64,000 nt of DNA, from NCBI RefSeq assembly GCF_035594765.1, contig NW_026943821.1, forward strand, positions 18,383,608 through 18,447,607, in the 5' to 3' direction. The notes beneath the pieces were generated by a model. It was given only the letters and a program-made list of their open reading frames with translations, was not told where the DNA came from and did not search any database. The stretch comes from Anolis carolinensis (Eukaryota). Positions within the stretch are counted from its first letter, which is position 1. Every line of letters begins with the position of its first letter. Shown piece by piece: positions 1 through 13,500 of the stretch. The position numbers were made by a program, and so were the translations under genes.

Positions 1-73
1 ACTATTACTACATGTATTATTTTCTTGTATTATTATTTATTATTATTATGACATGTATTATTTTACTCTATTA

Positions 74-396
74 CAGTAGAGTCTCATTTATCCAACATAA
101 ACGGGCTGGCAGAACGTTGGATAAGCAAATATGTTGGATAATAAGGAGGGATTAAGGAAACGCCTATTAAACATCAAAATAGATTATAATTTTACAAATT
201 AAGCACCAAAACATCATGTTATACAACAAATTTGACAGAAAACATAGTTCAATATGCAGTAATGCTATGTAGTAATTACTGTATTTACGAATTTAGCACC
301 AAAATATCACAATGTATTGAACACATTGACTACAAAAATGCGTTGGATAATCCAGAACGTTGGATAAGCGAGTGTTGGATAAGTGAGACTCTACTG
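74..396. mobile_element. Tc1/Mariner MITE family B (about 320 bp), the most abundant repeat in the window
   Basis: TIR CAGTAGAGTCTCACTTATCCAA, TA TSD; copies at 686-980, 10596-10900, about 12706-12975, 22397-22694, 23800-24107, 39845-40160, 42242-42563, 47131-47452, 49421-49743, 53439-53652, about 57089-57220. Confidence 0.9.
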
Positions 397-1822
397 TATT
401 ATTAAAAGGATACATAAGCACATTTACATTGAAGAAGATGAGAATAATGATTTAATCTGAGTGGGACAGTCTTATCTTAAATTAGAGCTTTATGTAAATA
501 TTCAAAAACATTGCTTCAATTAATGTAATTTTATTGGTATCTGTTTTTATTTCTGAAATTTACCACTATCGGCTTATACTGGAGTCAATGTTTTCCCAGT
601 TGTTTTGTGGTAAAATTAGGTGCCTCGGCTTATATTCGGGTCGGCTTATACTCGAGGATATACAGTAATCAATGTGTTACAAATACAGTAGAGTCTCACT
701 TATCCAACATTCTGGATTATCCAACACATTTTTGTAGTCAATGTTTTCAATATATCATGATATTTTGGTGCTAAATTTGTAAATACAGTACATAGCATAA
801 CTGCGTATTGAACTACTTTTTTTGTCAAATTTGTTGTATAACGTGATGTTTTGGTGCTTAATTTGTAAAATCATAACCTAATTTGATGTTTAATAGGCTT
901 TTCCTTAATCCTTCCTTATTATCCAACATATTCGCTTATCCAACATTCTGCCGGCCTGTTGGATAAGTGAGACTCTACTGTACACATGTTCATAGAAAGC
1001 CTAGCTCTTATACTCAAGGTTTGTGAGTCCAATGATACAAAGTTCATGTTCCACATAGAAGACTGTGCATTCAAACCTATATGTCCAAATTTGTAAATCT
1101 TTTGAATCCAAAATTTTAAATAAATCCAAAGTTTATAACCACCCACGACCAGTTTTGACTGTGTAGTCTTCCTCAGGTGGTAGTTTACAAAGGTACAGAA
1201 AACCTAGAATAGCCAATTTTCCATTGTAGCAAGTTCTTCAAATAAATAAATTCAATGTATAAGTATCATCGACGGAGTATACAAGTGTTTTATAGCCACT
1301 CATATGTATTCCCTGTAGGTCCATCCCATCGATGATACTTATACATTAGGTGACCTTGGGTAAGTCACACTCTCTCAGCCTCAGAGGAAAGCAGCAGCAT
1401 CCTCTCTTTGAACAAGTCTTGCCAAGCAACCCCTGTGATTGGATTGCCATAAGTTAGTAAGTAAGTAAATAAGTAAGTAACTTTATTTTTCTACCCCGCC
1501 ACCATTTCCCGGCAGGGACTCGGGGAGGCTACATGGGTCAGAAGCCCAAAATACAAAACAATAAATCAGTTAAAACATATTGCAATGCAAACACAATAAA
1601 ATCAGCAGTTATACAAAACAGTTACCTTAACCAAAACAATACAGTAAATCATAAAATCTCAGTTAACATATAAATCAGATAAAAATAAGATCAGTTAGAA
1701 TAAAATAAAATAAAATGGGCCACCAGTTTGGTGGAGGGGATGGCATGGTTAGGAATGGCTTGAAGGCACAATGACCTAATCTAACCTAAAACTAGGAAAT
1801 GAAGCACCTAAATATTAGGAAT

Positions 1823-1825
<3 letters not shown>

Positions 1826-1906
<81 letters not shown>
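1826..1906. repeat. (TAA)n microsatellite
   Basis: Direct reading; similar tracts at about 20217, 40236, 54075-54520 and 58865. Confidence 0.95.
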
Positions 1907-1909
<3 letters not shown>

Positions 1910-2579
1910 TTATGTTTTTATTCTGTGTGATAGTGGAATCAATTGTATGGCACTGTTGTGGACTTTTCTTGTAGCTTTGAATCCCGGCTGATTTCTGACT
2001 GGTGGAATACTTTGTTGGGAGGAGTTAGCTGGCCCTGATTGTTTCCTGTCTGCAATTCACCTGTTTTCAAATTGTTATTCTTTATTTATTGTCCTGGTTT
2101 TAATTTTTTTTATAATTCTTAGAGCCAGGTTTAGGAGGTTTTGTTGGAGCCAGTGGGAGTTTTGTGGGAGCCTGGGAGGGCGCTGAGTGGAGCACTATAA
2201 GTTACCTTTAGTAAAAAGATTATCTTGCGACCTTTATGAGGACCACATTACCATTTCACAGATGGGAAAACTGAAGGTATAAAACAGCTAGACTTGTTAC
2301 CTTGAACTAAGATTTGAAGACTTGAAGATCTAACAGCCTTCTGGCTATTAGGAATTGTGGGAGTTGAAGTCCAAAACAACTGGAGGGCCAAAGTTTGCCC
2401 ATGCCTCATTTACACTATTCTCTACAGATGTTGCAACACAGACTTTACATACTTTCATCCTTTTTAAGCTTTTAAGATGAAAATAACAACCCCTGGAATA
2501 AATCCAATTTTCATTCTGAAAGTCTGTACACTGTGGTAGTGTATTTCAATTATAAGAGCAAGTACCAGTTGTTACAAAA

Positions 2580-3260
2580 TGGATCTTGGAGCCCTCGTGG
2601 ACAAGTTAAACATGAGCCAACACAGTGGCAGTGCCTTAAAAATCCAATGGGATTTTGGCCTGCATCAATAGGAGTTTCTAGATCCAGGGAAGTCATGCTA
2701 TTCTGCTATTCCAGGGAAGTCATGCTATTTTACTCTATTCTGCCTTGGTCAGGCCAAGGAATACTGTATCCAATTCTGAGCACCACAATTGAAGAGAAAT
2801 GTTGACAAAATGGAAAGTGTCCAGAGGGCAAGTAAAATGATCAAGGGTCTGGAGAACAAGCCCTATGAGGAGCGGCTTAAAGAGCTGGGCATGTTTAGCC
2901 TGCAGAAGAGAGGGCTGAGAGGACACATGATAGCCATGTATAAATATGTGAGGAGAAATCATAGGGAGGAGGGAGCAAGCTTGTTTTCTGCTTCCCTGCA
3001 GACTAGGACGCGGAACAATGGCTTCAAACTGCAGGAAAGGAGATTCCACCTGAACATCAGGAAGAACTTCCTCACTGTGAGAGCTGTTCAGCAGTGGAAC
3101 TCTCTGCCCTGGAGTGTGATGGAGGCTTCTACTTGGAGGCTTTTAAGCAGAGGCTGGAGGGCCATCTGTTGGAGGTGCTTTGAATGTGATTTTCCTGCTT
3201 CTTGGCCAAATGGGATTGGACCGGATGGCCTACAAGGTCTCTTCCAACTGTAGAATTCTA
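2580..3260 (+). mobile_element. CR1 LINE 3' fragment (degenerate)
   Basis: [23 protein letters not shown] similarity to the 62.8-kb copy; frameshifted. Confidence 0.92.
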
Positions 3261-3524
3261 TTTATGTTTTACTAATTGCTTATTATTGATTGTTGTTGGT
3301 TTTAAACTGCATTTGTTGTTGATTGTTGTTGGTTTTATTTTGCATTTAATTGCATTATAACAAGCTGGAAGCCACTTTGGGTCCCTTTGTGGGAGAAAAG
3401 TGGGATATAAATACATGTCACTAATGCTTTGTGATTGTGAATATCAGGTACAGAGCTTTCTTCAGATATGAAATTGGTCCATAAAAAAGTGGTCCCTACC
3501 TAAATATCTTAAAGGCACCAGCTT

Positions 3525-3700
3525 GTGCTTGATCTTGAAAACTAAACAGGGTCAGCACAGGTTAGTACGTTGATTGGGAGCCAACAATAAATATCAAGTG
3601 TTGTACACTAGATTTCAGAGTAGGAACTGGTAAAAACACCCCCAAGTATGCCTTATCTTAAAATATCCTATGAAATTAATAGTCATAATAAGTCAACAGC
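3525..3700 (+). mobile_element. Degenerate 5S-derived SINE
   Basis: TGATCTTGAAAACTAAACAGGGTCAGCACAGGTTAGTACGTTGATTGGGAG resembles the 5S internal control region. Confidence 0.6.
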
Positions 3701-4508
3701 TGACTGAATGAATGCACACACTACACCAACTTGCCCAAAGCTCCACTTTGCCAACTGCTTAGAATCATAGAATAATAGAGTTGGAAGAGATCTCATGAGC
3801 CGTCCAGTCCAACCCCCTGCCAAGAAGCTGGAAATCGCATTTAAAGCACCCCCGACAGATGGCCATCCAGCTATGCTATCCAAAGAGCTGTTCGGAAGTG
3901 GAATTCTCTGCCCCAGAGTGTGGTGGAGGCTCCTTCTTTGGAAACTGGATGGCCATCTGTCAGGGGTGCTTTGAATGTAATTTCCTGCTTCTTGGCAGGG
4001 GGTTGGACTGGATGGCCCATGAGGTCTCTTCCAACTCTATGATTCTATGAAAGCACTAGCGCTATCTCTCTCTCTCTAGGCTGGAGTAAGGAGCCTCTGA
4101 TGGCCTAGGGGATAAAAGCCTCGTGACTTGAAGATTGGGTTGCTGACCTAAAAGCTGCCAGGTTCGAATCCCACCGGGGTAGAGCACGGATGAGCTCCCT
4201 CTTTCAGCTCCAGCTCCATGCGGGGACTGAGAGAAGCCTCCCACAAGGATGGAAAAACATCAAAACATCCGGGCATCCCCTGGGCAATGTCTTTGCAGAC
4301 GGCCAATTCTCTCACTCCAGAAGCAACTCCGGTTGCTCCTGACAAGAAAAAAAAAATCTAGGCTGGAGTTATACTTTAAACATATACCTGTTCCATCTTA
4401 CAAACGAATTCAGCTTAAGAATAAGCCTACAGAACCTATCATTTTTTAAATTTGGGAACTGCCTATATTTTTCGAAGGTTCGTGGGAGGGAGAGGCCTCC
4501 TTCCTTAC

Positions 4509-7500
4509 CTTGGACGCTGGCCTCACTTCAATTATCTGCGTCCGGGGAGAGAGCTTCTCCGCGCGCGTTCCTTGTGTCTCCGGAGGACTGGAAGGGGACA
4601 AGAAAAATGTATTATTTATTGAATTACTACATATATTTCTACCCTGAAGGGGACTCAGAGCAGCTTGAAAAAAACTTGAAAATGCTCAAGAAAACCTTAT
4701 GAGAAAAAGTAAGTATCGAGCCAAAAATGGGGGCGCGACTATTGCATGGTGAGGACTATTATATACATCTCCCAAGTGCTCCTCCCTCTGCCCTGCACCA
4801 GCCAATCACCTCCCACATGCAAATTCCCCCTACTTCACAATTCCCACTAGCAGAGCCAGCCCTAGGTAATTTTCAAGTGTAAGCAAGCAGTATTTTTGAT
4901 GGCACCCCCTGCCCCCGCTCCCGCNNNNNNNNNNNNNNNNNNNNNNNNNNNNNNNNNNNNNNNNNNNNNNNNNNNNNNNNNNNNNNNNNNNNNNNNNNNN
5001 NNNNNNNNNNNNNNNNNNNNNNNNNNNNNNNNNNNNNNNNNNNNNNNNNNNNNNNNNNNNNNNNNNNNNNNNNNNNNNNNNNNNNNNNNNNNNNNCTGTA
5101 TCCATATCTATCTATATCTATATCTGAAAACCTGTATGTGTGTATGTGTCACGGTGTCTGTCCACACAGACAGCCTCTGGCCTCCACAAACAGGCTATAG
5201 TTCCCAGTGCTGAGGAGCCACCGAGTCACTCCATCACAGGTCCGCAGTTTGGGGGTCCTCCTCGATTCAGCGTTGACGCTTCAAGCACAGGTGTCGGTGG
5301 TGGCTGGGAGGGCCTTTGCACAACTCAAGCTTGTGCGCCAACTGCGACCATACCTCGTGAAGTCTGACTTGACCACGGTGGTGCATGCCTTAGTTACCTC
5401 TAGATTGGACTACTGTAATGCGCTCTACGTGGGGCTTCCCTTGAAGACGGCCCGGAAACTACAATTGGTCCAACGATCGGCGGCCAGATTAATAACGGGG
5501 GCAAGTTACAGGGAGAGATCCACTCCCCTGTTTAAGGAGCTCCACTGGCTGCCGTTCATTTTCCGGTCCCAATTCAAGGTGCAGACCATCATCTATAAAG
5601 CCCTGAACGGTTTGGGACCCACCTACCTCCGTGACCGTATCTCCTACCATAAACCTGCCCGATCTTTACGCCCTTTTATCACCTATATCCCAGGCCCGCC
5701 TTGTGAGTACAAGGGAGACGGCCTTTTCCGCTGTGGCCCCCCGACTATGGAATGCACTGCCCACTGAGATCAGGCAAGCTCCCACTCTGTTAGCTTTTAG
5801 GAAAGATTTGAAAACATGGCTCTTCCGCTGTGCTTTCGGTGAGTAATTTTGCTATATATGTCTGTGTTACTCCCCCCTCAGCATTTATTTTCTAGACTGC
5901 CCTACTTTCTTGTGTCACTGCCCACAATGGAGTACCCCCTCTGTCCCTCTCACTCCGAGTTTTATCCTTGTGTCCATGCGGCCTGACCTTGTTTAACTGG
6001 TTTTTTTTTTTTTGGATTTCTTGATGTAATGTCTATTATCATCTATTGTATTGCTTTTAATTGTGTAATGATATGTTGTTTTTATATGTTATTATATTGT
6101 ATTGCTCTGGGCGTGGCCCCATGTTAGCCTCCCCGAGTCCCCGTTGGGGAGATGGTGGCGGGGTATAAATAAAGTTTTATTATTATTATTATTATTAAAT
6201 CTGTCTGCATAACAAACACAGCAGAACTGAGCACCAACTAAATTTACTGGAGGAATTTGGGGGATTGGCTTCACATGGTGGAAGTTGTAGTTCACCGTGC
6301 ATCAAGTCAGAGCACTGTGACTCCTACTGGGGAATGTAGAGGAGTTGTAGTTCACCTACACCCAGAATGCTATGAACCCAAACAATGATGGCTCTGGGCC
6401 AAAATTGCCATGCATACCTGATATGCACAGATTTGAATACTGGTGGGTTTTGAGGGGAATTGGCCCGGACATTTGGGAGTAGTAGGTACTGGGATTTATA
6501 GTTCACCTGCAATGAATGAGCACTCCGAACCCCTCCGATGATGGACCAGGACCAAACGTGGCACACAGAGCCCCCATAACCAAAAGAGCATATTGGACAA
6601 GTTTGGGGGAAAGGGAGTTATAGTTCACCTGCATCCAGAGAAACAGTGACCCCCACCGACAGTTGACCAAACTTTGCACAGAGAAGCCTCATGACCAACT
6701 GAACTGCAGGGGTTTGTGGGAATAGGCCTTGATTTTGGGAGTTGTAGTTCCCATGCATTCAAAGAGCACTGAACCCAGCCAACGATGGATCTGGATCAAA
6801 CTTTGCACACGACTCAACATAGCCTGCGATGGATACTGACAGATGTTTTGGGACAATTGCCCCGGGACTCTGGGAGTTGTGGTACTTCACCCCCATCCAC
6901 AAAGCACTGCAGCCAGGCGATGACCAGCCAACAACAGATCTAAACCACACTCGGTACACAGACCCAAAATGGCCAACTTTGAATACTGGCAGGGTTTGGG
7001 GAGGATTGACCCACGATTCTGGGAACTGTAGTTCACCCACTCCAAACTGAGAATATCTAACAATCAAAAACAAATCATGCCTTTTTTAAATAACCCAGGC
7101 ATCGCTGGGTTCCCAACCTGGTGTGTATGTGTATGTGTGTGTGTGTGTGTGTATTATGTATATGTATATGTATATCTATATATCTCTATCTCTATCTATC
7201 TACCGTGTTTCCCCGAAAATATGACAGTGTCTTATATTATTTTTTGCTCCCAAAGATGTGCTAGGTCTTATTTTCAGGTGATGTCTTATTTTTCCATGAA
7301 GAAGAATTCACATTTATTGTTGAACAAAAAAAAAAATGAACATTTATCATATACTGTACAGTAGTTGTCATCATAAACCAGCATGACCAGACAAACTGTG
7401 AATCCTATCAAGAATTTCTTGTTACTACCATTATTTCCATGTACAACTGGTATGCAAATTTACCGATCCTGCATGCTCTGGTGTTCTGTTTGGCAGGCGC

Positions 7501-10500
7501 TGGGCATGCTTCCAAACAAAAACTTTGCTAGGTCTTACTTTCGGGGGAGGCCTTATATTTAGCAATTCAGCAAAACTTCTACTAGGTCTTATTTTTTGGG
7601 GATGTCTTATTTTCAGGGAAACAGGGTATATATCTCTGTATCCATATCTATCTATATCTAAAAACCTGTATGTGTCATGGTGTCTGTCCACACAGACAGC
7701 CTCCGGCCTCCACAAACAGGCTATAGTTCCCAGTGCTGAGGAGCCACTGAGTCACTCCATCAACTGACATTGCAGGTTACAGTGAGCACAATGAACATGT
7801 AACCTCAGCCCCTGCCAATGTCCTTCCCAAACACTACGGTCCACCACCCAAGGAACGCTTTCGTTTGGGGACCATTTCATCCTAGATTTTGCAAACCTCG
7901 GGAGCTCTCTCCCATGCGTCCTCTCCTGCCGAAAGCAGGAAGCATCTCCCCTAGATTTTGCATTTTCCTCCACCACAGGCAGGCATCCCAGGTTTCTCCA
8001 TTGCTGTGAAATTTGCATGACCCACCTACTGCCCTTTCCTTTCAAATCTGTCTGCATAAAAAACACAGCAGAACTGAGCACCAACTAAATTTACTGGAGG
8101 AGTTTGGGGGATTGGCTTCACATGGTGGAAGTTGTAGTTCACCGTGCATCAAGTCAGAGCACTGTGACTCCTACTGGGGAATGTAGAGGAGTTGTAGTTC
8201 ACCTACACCCAGAATGCTATGAACCCAAACAATGATGATTTTGGGCCAAAATTGCCATGCATACCTGATATGCCCAGATTTGAATACTGGTGGGTTTTGA
8301 GGGGAATTGGCCCGGACATTTGGGAGTAGTAGGTACTGGGATTTATAGTTCACCTGCAATGAATGAGCACTCCGAACCCCTCCGATGATGGACCAGGACC
8401 AAACGTGGCACACAGAGCCCCCATAACCAAAAGAGTATATTGGACAAGTTTGGGGGAAAGGGAGTTATAGTTCACCTGCATCCAGAGAAACAGTGACTCC
8501 CACCGACAATTGACCAAACTTTGCACAGAGAAGCCTCATGACCAACTGAACATACTGCAGGGGTTTGTGGGAATGGGCCTTGATTTTGGGAGTTGTAGTT
8601 CACATGCATTCAAAGAGCACTGAACCCAGCCAACAAAAAACTGGGAAAACATTGACTCCAGTATAAGCTGAGAGTGGTAAATTTCAAAAATAAAAATAGA
8701 TACCAATAAAATTACATTAATTGAGGCATCCGTAGGTTAAATGTTTTTTGAATATTTACATAAAGCTCTAATTTATTCTAACTCTGATTAAATCATTATT
8801 CTCATCTTCTTCAAAATAAATGTGCTTATGTATACTTTTAATAATAACTAGCTGTGCCCGGCCACGCGTTGCTGTGGCGAAGTATGGTAGTATGGGAAAT
8901 AAAGTATTGAGGAATTGGTGGTAGTTAAGGTAAAGGGTAAAGGTTTTCCCCTGACATTAAGTCCAGTCATGTCTGACTCTGGGGGTTGGGCTCATCTCCA
9001 TTTCTAAGCCGAAAAGCTGGCATTGTCCGTAGACTCCTCCAAAGTCATGTGGGATGACTGCATGGAGCGGCGTTACCTTCCCGCCAGAGCAGTACCTATT
9101 GATGCACTCACATTTGCATGTTTTTGAACTTCTGGGTTGGCAGAAGCTGGGGCCAACAGTGTGGGCTCTCTCCACTCCCCCAATTCAAACCTGCGGCCTT
9201 TCGGTCCAGAAGTTCAGCAGCTCAGCGCTTTAACACGCTGCGCCATCAGGGGATATTATTTCCTAAAGATTGTGAATATACAATATTTCTGATTGGTTTT
9301 TTTGTCTGTTGGAGGCAAGTATAAATGCTGCAATTAGGAAAAATGATTAGGATGTAATGGCCTTGCAACTTTAAAGCCTGGCTGTTTCCTCCCTGAGTGA
9401 TTTTTTTGTTGGGAGGTGTTAGCTGGCCCTGATTGTTTCCTGTCTGGAATTCCCTTGTTTTCAGAGTGGTGTTGTTTGCGATATTTTATGTGCTTCTACT
9501 GTCTGTGGCCCTGAGAAAACAGAGGATTTGACAGACTTTGATGATGGGAATATTTTGTTGGGAGGTGTTAGCTGGCCCTGATTGTTTCCTGTGTGGAATT
9601 CCCATTTATTTACTGTCCTGGTTTTAGAGATTATATTGTTCTGCATTATTCTATCCCATAATTATTTCATATTAAAGTAGAATCTCACTTATCCAACATT
9701 AGCTTATACAATGTTCTGGATTATCCAACGCAGTCTGCCTTTTCATAATCAATGTTTTTGTAGTCAGTGTTTTAAACCCATTGTGATATTTTAGTGGTAA
9801 ATTTGTAAATACAGTACAGTAGAGTCTCACTTATCCAACATAAACGGGCCGGCCGAACGTTGGATAAGCAAATATGTTGGATAATAATTTTGTTGTTTTG
9901 TGAGTCGCCGTGATGCCATCACTCTTTTATATATATAGATAGAGTGAAATAATAAATGCAGTAAAATAATAAATGTAACAATAGAGTAAAATAATAAATG
10001 TAATAGCAATAAGAATGTCAGAGTGAAAAAATAAATGTATTAGTCATAATAAAATAGAGTAAAATAAATGTAATAGTAACAACAATAATAGAATAAAATA
10101 AATGTAACAATAATAGGGTAAAATAATAAATGTACCATATATTCTCGAGTATAAGCAGGGGGGGGCTTTTGCAGTCCTAAAAAAGGGCTGAAAACGCCAG
10201 CTTATACTCAAGTATATACGGTATATCAGTGAAACGGGGAGAATCGGGAACCCTCTATCCCAATTGCATGGAGGAGAGATCAAGTCCCCTCCCCTCCTCC
10301 CAATCTAAGATTATCCTTTACATGCAGCTTCCTACAAACTCCTAAAAACTCCAGCAACCTTCTTAAATGATCAAGGCTCTGCGATTGGTGCAAATCCCTT
10401 CCCTTCCAGGCTTCCAATTTGTTCCAGGATTTTCTGCATTTTCCCTCTTACAATACTGGTTTGAAACTGCATAGAAATGTCAGCGTGGATAGATTATTAT

Positions 10501-13500
10501 GCCTTTAATCCTCCTTTATTAAGAGCCCCACTTTCCATCTGAACGTGCTCTAAACAGGGTGTCCCAAAAAAGGTATACACACTTAAAAACAGATACAGTA
10601 GTGTCTCACTTATCCAACATAAACGGGCCGGCAGAACGTTGGATAAGCGGATATGTTGGATAATAAGGAGGGATTAAGGAAAAGCCTATTAAACATCAAA
10701 TTAGGTTATGATTTTACAAATTAAGCACCAAAACATGTTATACAACACATTTGACAGAAAAAGTAGTTCAATACGAAATAATGCTATGTAGTAATTACTG
10801 TGTTAACGAATTTAGCACCAAAATATCACGATTTATTAAAAACATTGACTACAAAAATGCGTTGGATAATCCAGAACGTTGGATAAGCGAGACTCTACGG
10901 TACCTTAATTGAGGTTTGTTTTCTCCCATGTTAAACCCATTGGAATTAATAATGGAAATCAGGCCCTTTCTACGCTGCCTTATGTCCCAGGATCTGATTC
11001 CAGATTATCTGATTTAAACTGGATTATATGAGTCTCCACTGCCATATAATCTGGGATAAGAAGATAATCTGGTTTAAGATCCTGGGATATAGGGACAGTG
11101 TGGAAGGGGCCTCAGGCTGAATCTATGCCCTAATTCCCAGGATCTGATCCTAGATTATCTTCTTATCCCAGATTATCTGGCAGTGTAGATTCATATAATC
11201 CACTTCAAAGCAGATAATCTGGGATCAGATCCTGGGATATAAGAGCAGTGTGGAAGGGGCTTCATGGTGAATCCACACCGCCCTATATCCCAGGATCTGA
11301 TTCCATATTATCTGATTTAAACTGGATTATATGAGTCCCCATTGCCATATAATCTGGGATAAGAAGAAAATCTGGGATTAGCTCCTGGGATATAGGGCAA
11401 TGTAGATCCAGCCTCAGATTTACCGTATATACTCAAGTATAAGCCGACCCAGATATAAGCCAAGGCACCTAATTTTACCAAAAAAAACCTGGGAAAACAT
11501 TGACTCCAGTATAAGCCGAGGGTGATAAATTTCAGAAATAAAAATAGATACAAATAAAATTACATTCATTGAGGCATCAGTAGGTTAAATGTTTTTGAAT
11601 ATTTACATAAAGCTCAAATTTAAGATAAGACTGTCCAACTCTGATCAAATCATTATTCTCGTCTTCTTCAATGTAAATGTGCTTATGTATCCTTTTAATA
11701 ATAATAGAGTAAAATAATACATGTAATAATAATAAATACAGGAAAATAATAAATGTAATAATAATAATATCAGAGTGAAATAATAAATGTATTAACAATA
11801 ATAAAGAATAGAGTAAAATAAATGTAATAGTAGCAACAATAATAGAGGAAAATAATAAATGTAATAATACTACTAATAATAGAGAAAAATAATAAATGTA
11901 CCATATATTCTCAAGTATAAGCAGACCCAAATATAAGCCAACCAGGACCCTCACCCGAGTATAAGCCGAGGGGGGCTTTTTCAGTCTTAAAAAAAGGGCT
12001 GAAAAACTAGGCTTATACTCGAGTATATACAGTAAGTTTTGAACAAAGCAAATTAATTACATACATACATAATTTTATTACGGTCCATGGACCCACAGCT
12101 GTTAAGTGAATAACATACAAGAGTTTACAGAACAGTCAAACTGGGGAAATTGCTTAACAAGCACAAACTACACAAAGTCAGGTAATACCATGATCAGAGA
12201 CTAGGCTCTTTCTCAGCCTTGCTGCCACTGCAAGGAACTTTAAAAGGTGACTGGAAGTGTGAAAAGGTAAAGTCCAAAGAGAGTTGAGGAGGGAGTTTCA
12301 AGGAGACTTGCCATAAGTCGAATATGATATTTTTGGAGTAACCCTTTTGCCCCTGGTCCTTTTGTCCCTGGTCCTGTCCACCACTGGAATGGCCCCCGAG
12401 AACATAAGGCACCATTGTGCAAGACATGGTTCATGCCTCACAGTTTTACAGTCAGTTGAAACATTCTGATACTTTTAATAATTTTTCCATATGTGTTGTA
12501 TGATGCTGCCAACACACAAGCTGTTTATTCCTGTCCTCTCCCTGTATATATTATTAATACCAATGTACAGCTTTATTGATATCCAGTGAGCCCCCCTCAG
12601 TATCCACTGTTGACTGGTTACAGCTCTCTCCATGGATTCCAAAATCTGTGGATGCTCATGTCACATTATATGCAATGGTGTGGTAAAATTGCATTCCTTA
12701 TATTACAGTAGAGTCTCACTTATCCAACATAAACGGGCCGGCAGAACATTGGCTAAGCAAAAATGTTGGATAATAAGGAGAAATTAAGGAAAAGCCTTTT
12801 AAATATCAAATTACGTTATGATTTTACAAATTAAGCACCAAAACATCATGTTTTACAACAAATAGACAGAAAAAGCAGTTCAATACACAGTAACATTATG
12901 TAGTAATTACTGTATTTATGAATTTAGCACCAAAACATTGCAATGTATTGAAAACATTGACTACATAAACATTGACTAGGTAAAGGTAAAGGTTTCCCCT
13001 GACATTAAGTCCAGTCGTGTCCAACTCTGGGGGTTGGTGCTCATCTCCATTTCTAAGCCGAAGAACCGGCATTGCCCGTAGACACCTCCAAGGTCATGTG
13101 GCCGGCATGACTGCATGGAACGCTGTTACCTTCCTGCAGGATTTGAACCTGGGACCTTTCGGTCTGCAAGTTCAGCAGCTCAGTGCTTTAACACACTGAG
13201 CCACCTAAGGGAAGCTCTGGCCCAAATGGGAAGGGGGTCCCCAGAGGAGGGGGGGGCTGCCTTCTCCCTTTGGGTCTCCAGTCCCTTTGGGGGTGGTGGT
13301 GGGGGGGGGGGGGGAATTTGCATGTGGGAGGTGATTGGTCCAGGAGGGAGAGGAGGGAGGGGCCCCTGGATGGGAGGGGGGATATGCAAATTTTGGCCAG
13401 TGGGAATTGTGAGGTAGGGGGGGAATTTGCATGTGGGAGGTGATTGGTTGGGGAGTAAGAGGAGGGAGGGGCCCCTGGGAGGGAGCAGGGATATGCAAAT

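Noticed and set aside
2205-2275. Apparent minus-strand exon with AG/GT ends
   Set aside because: Stop in the required frame; the sequence is a MIR-like core (TTTTCCCATCTGTGAAATGG).
4830-5213. ORFs spanning the first N gap (also 36363-36776)
   Set aside because: Mostly X residues from assembly gaps.
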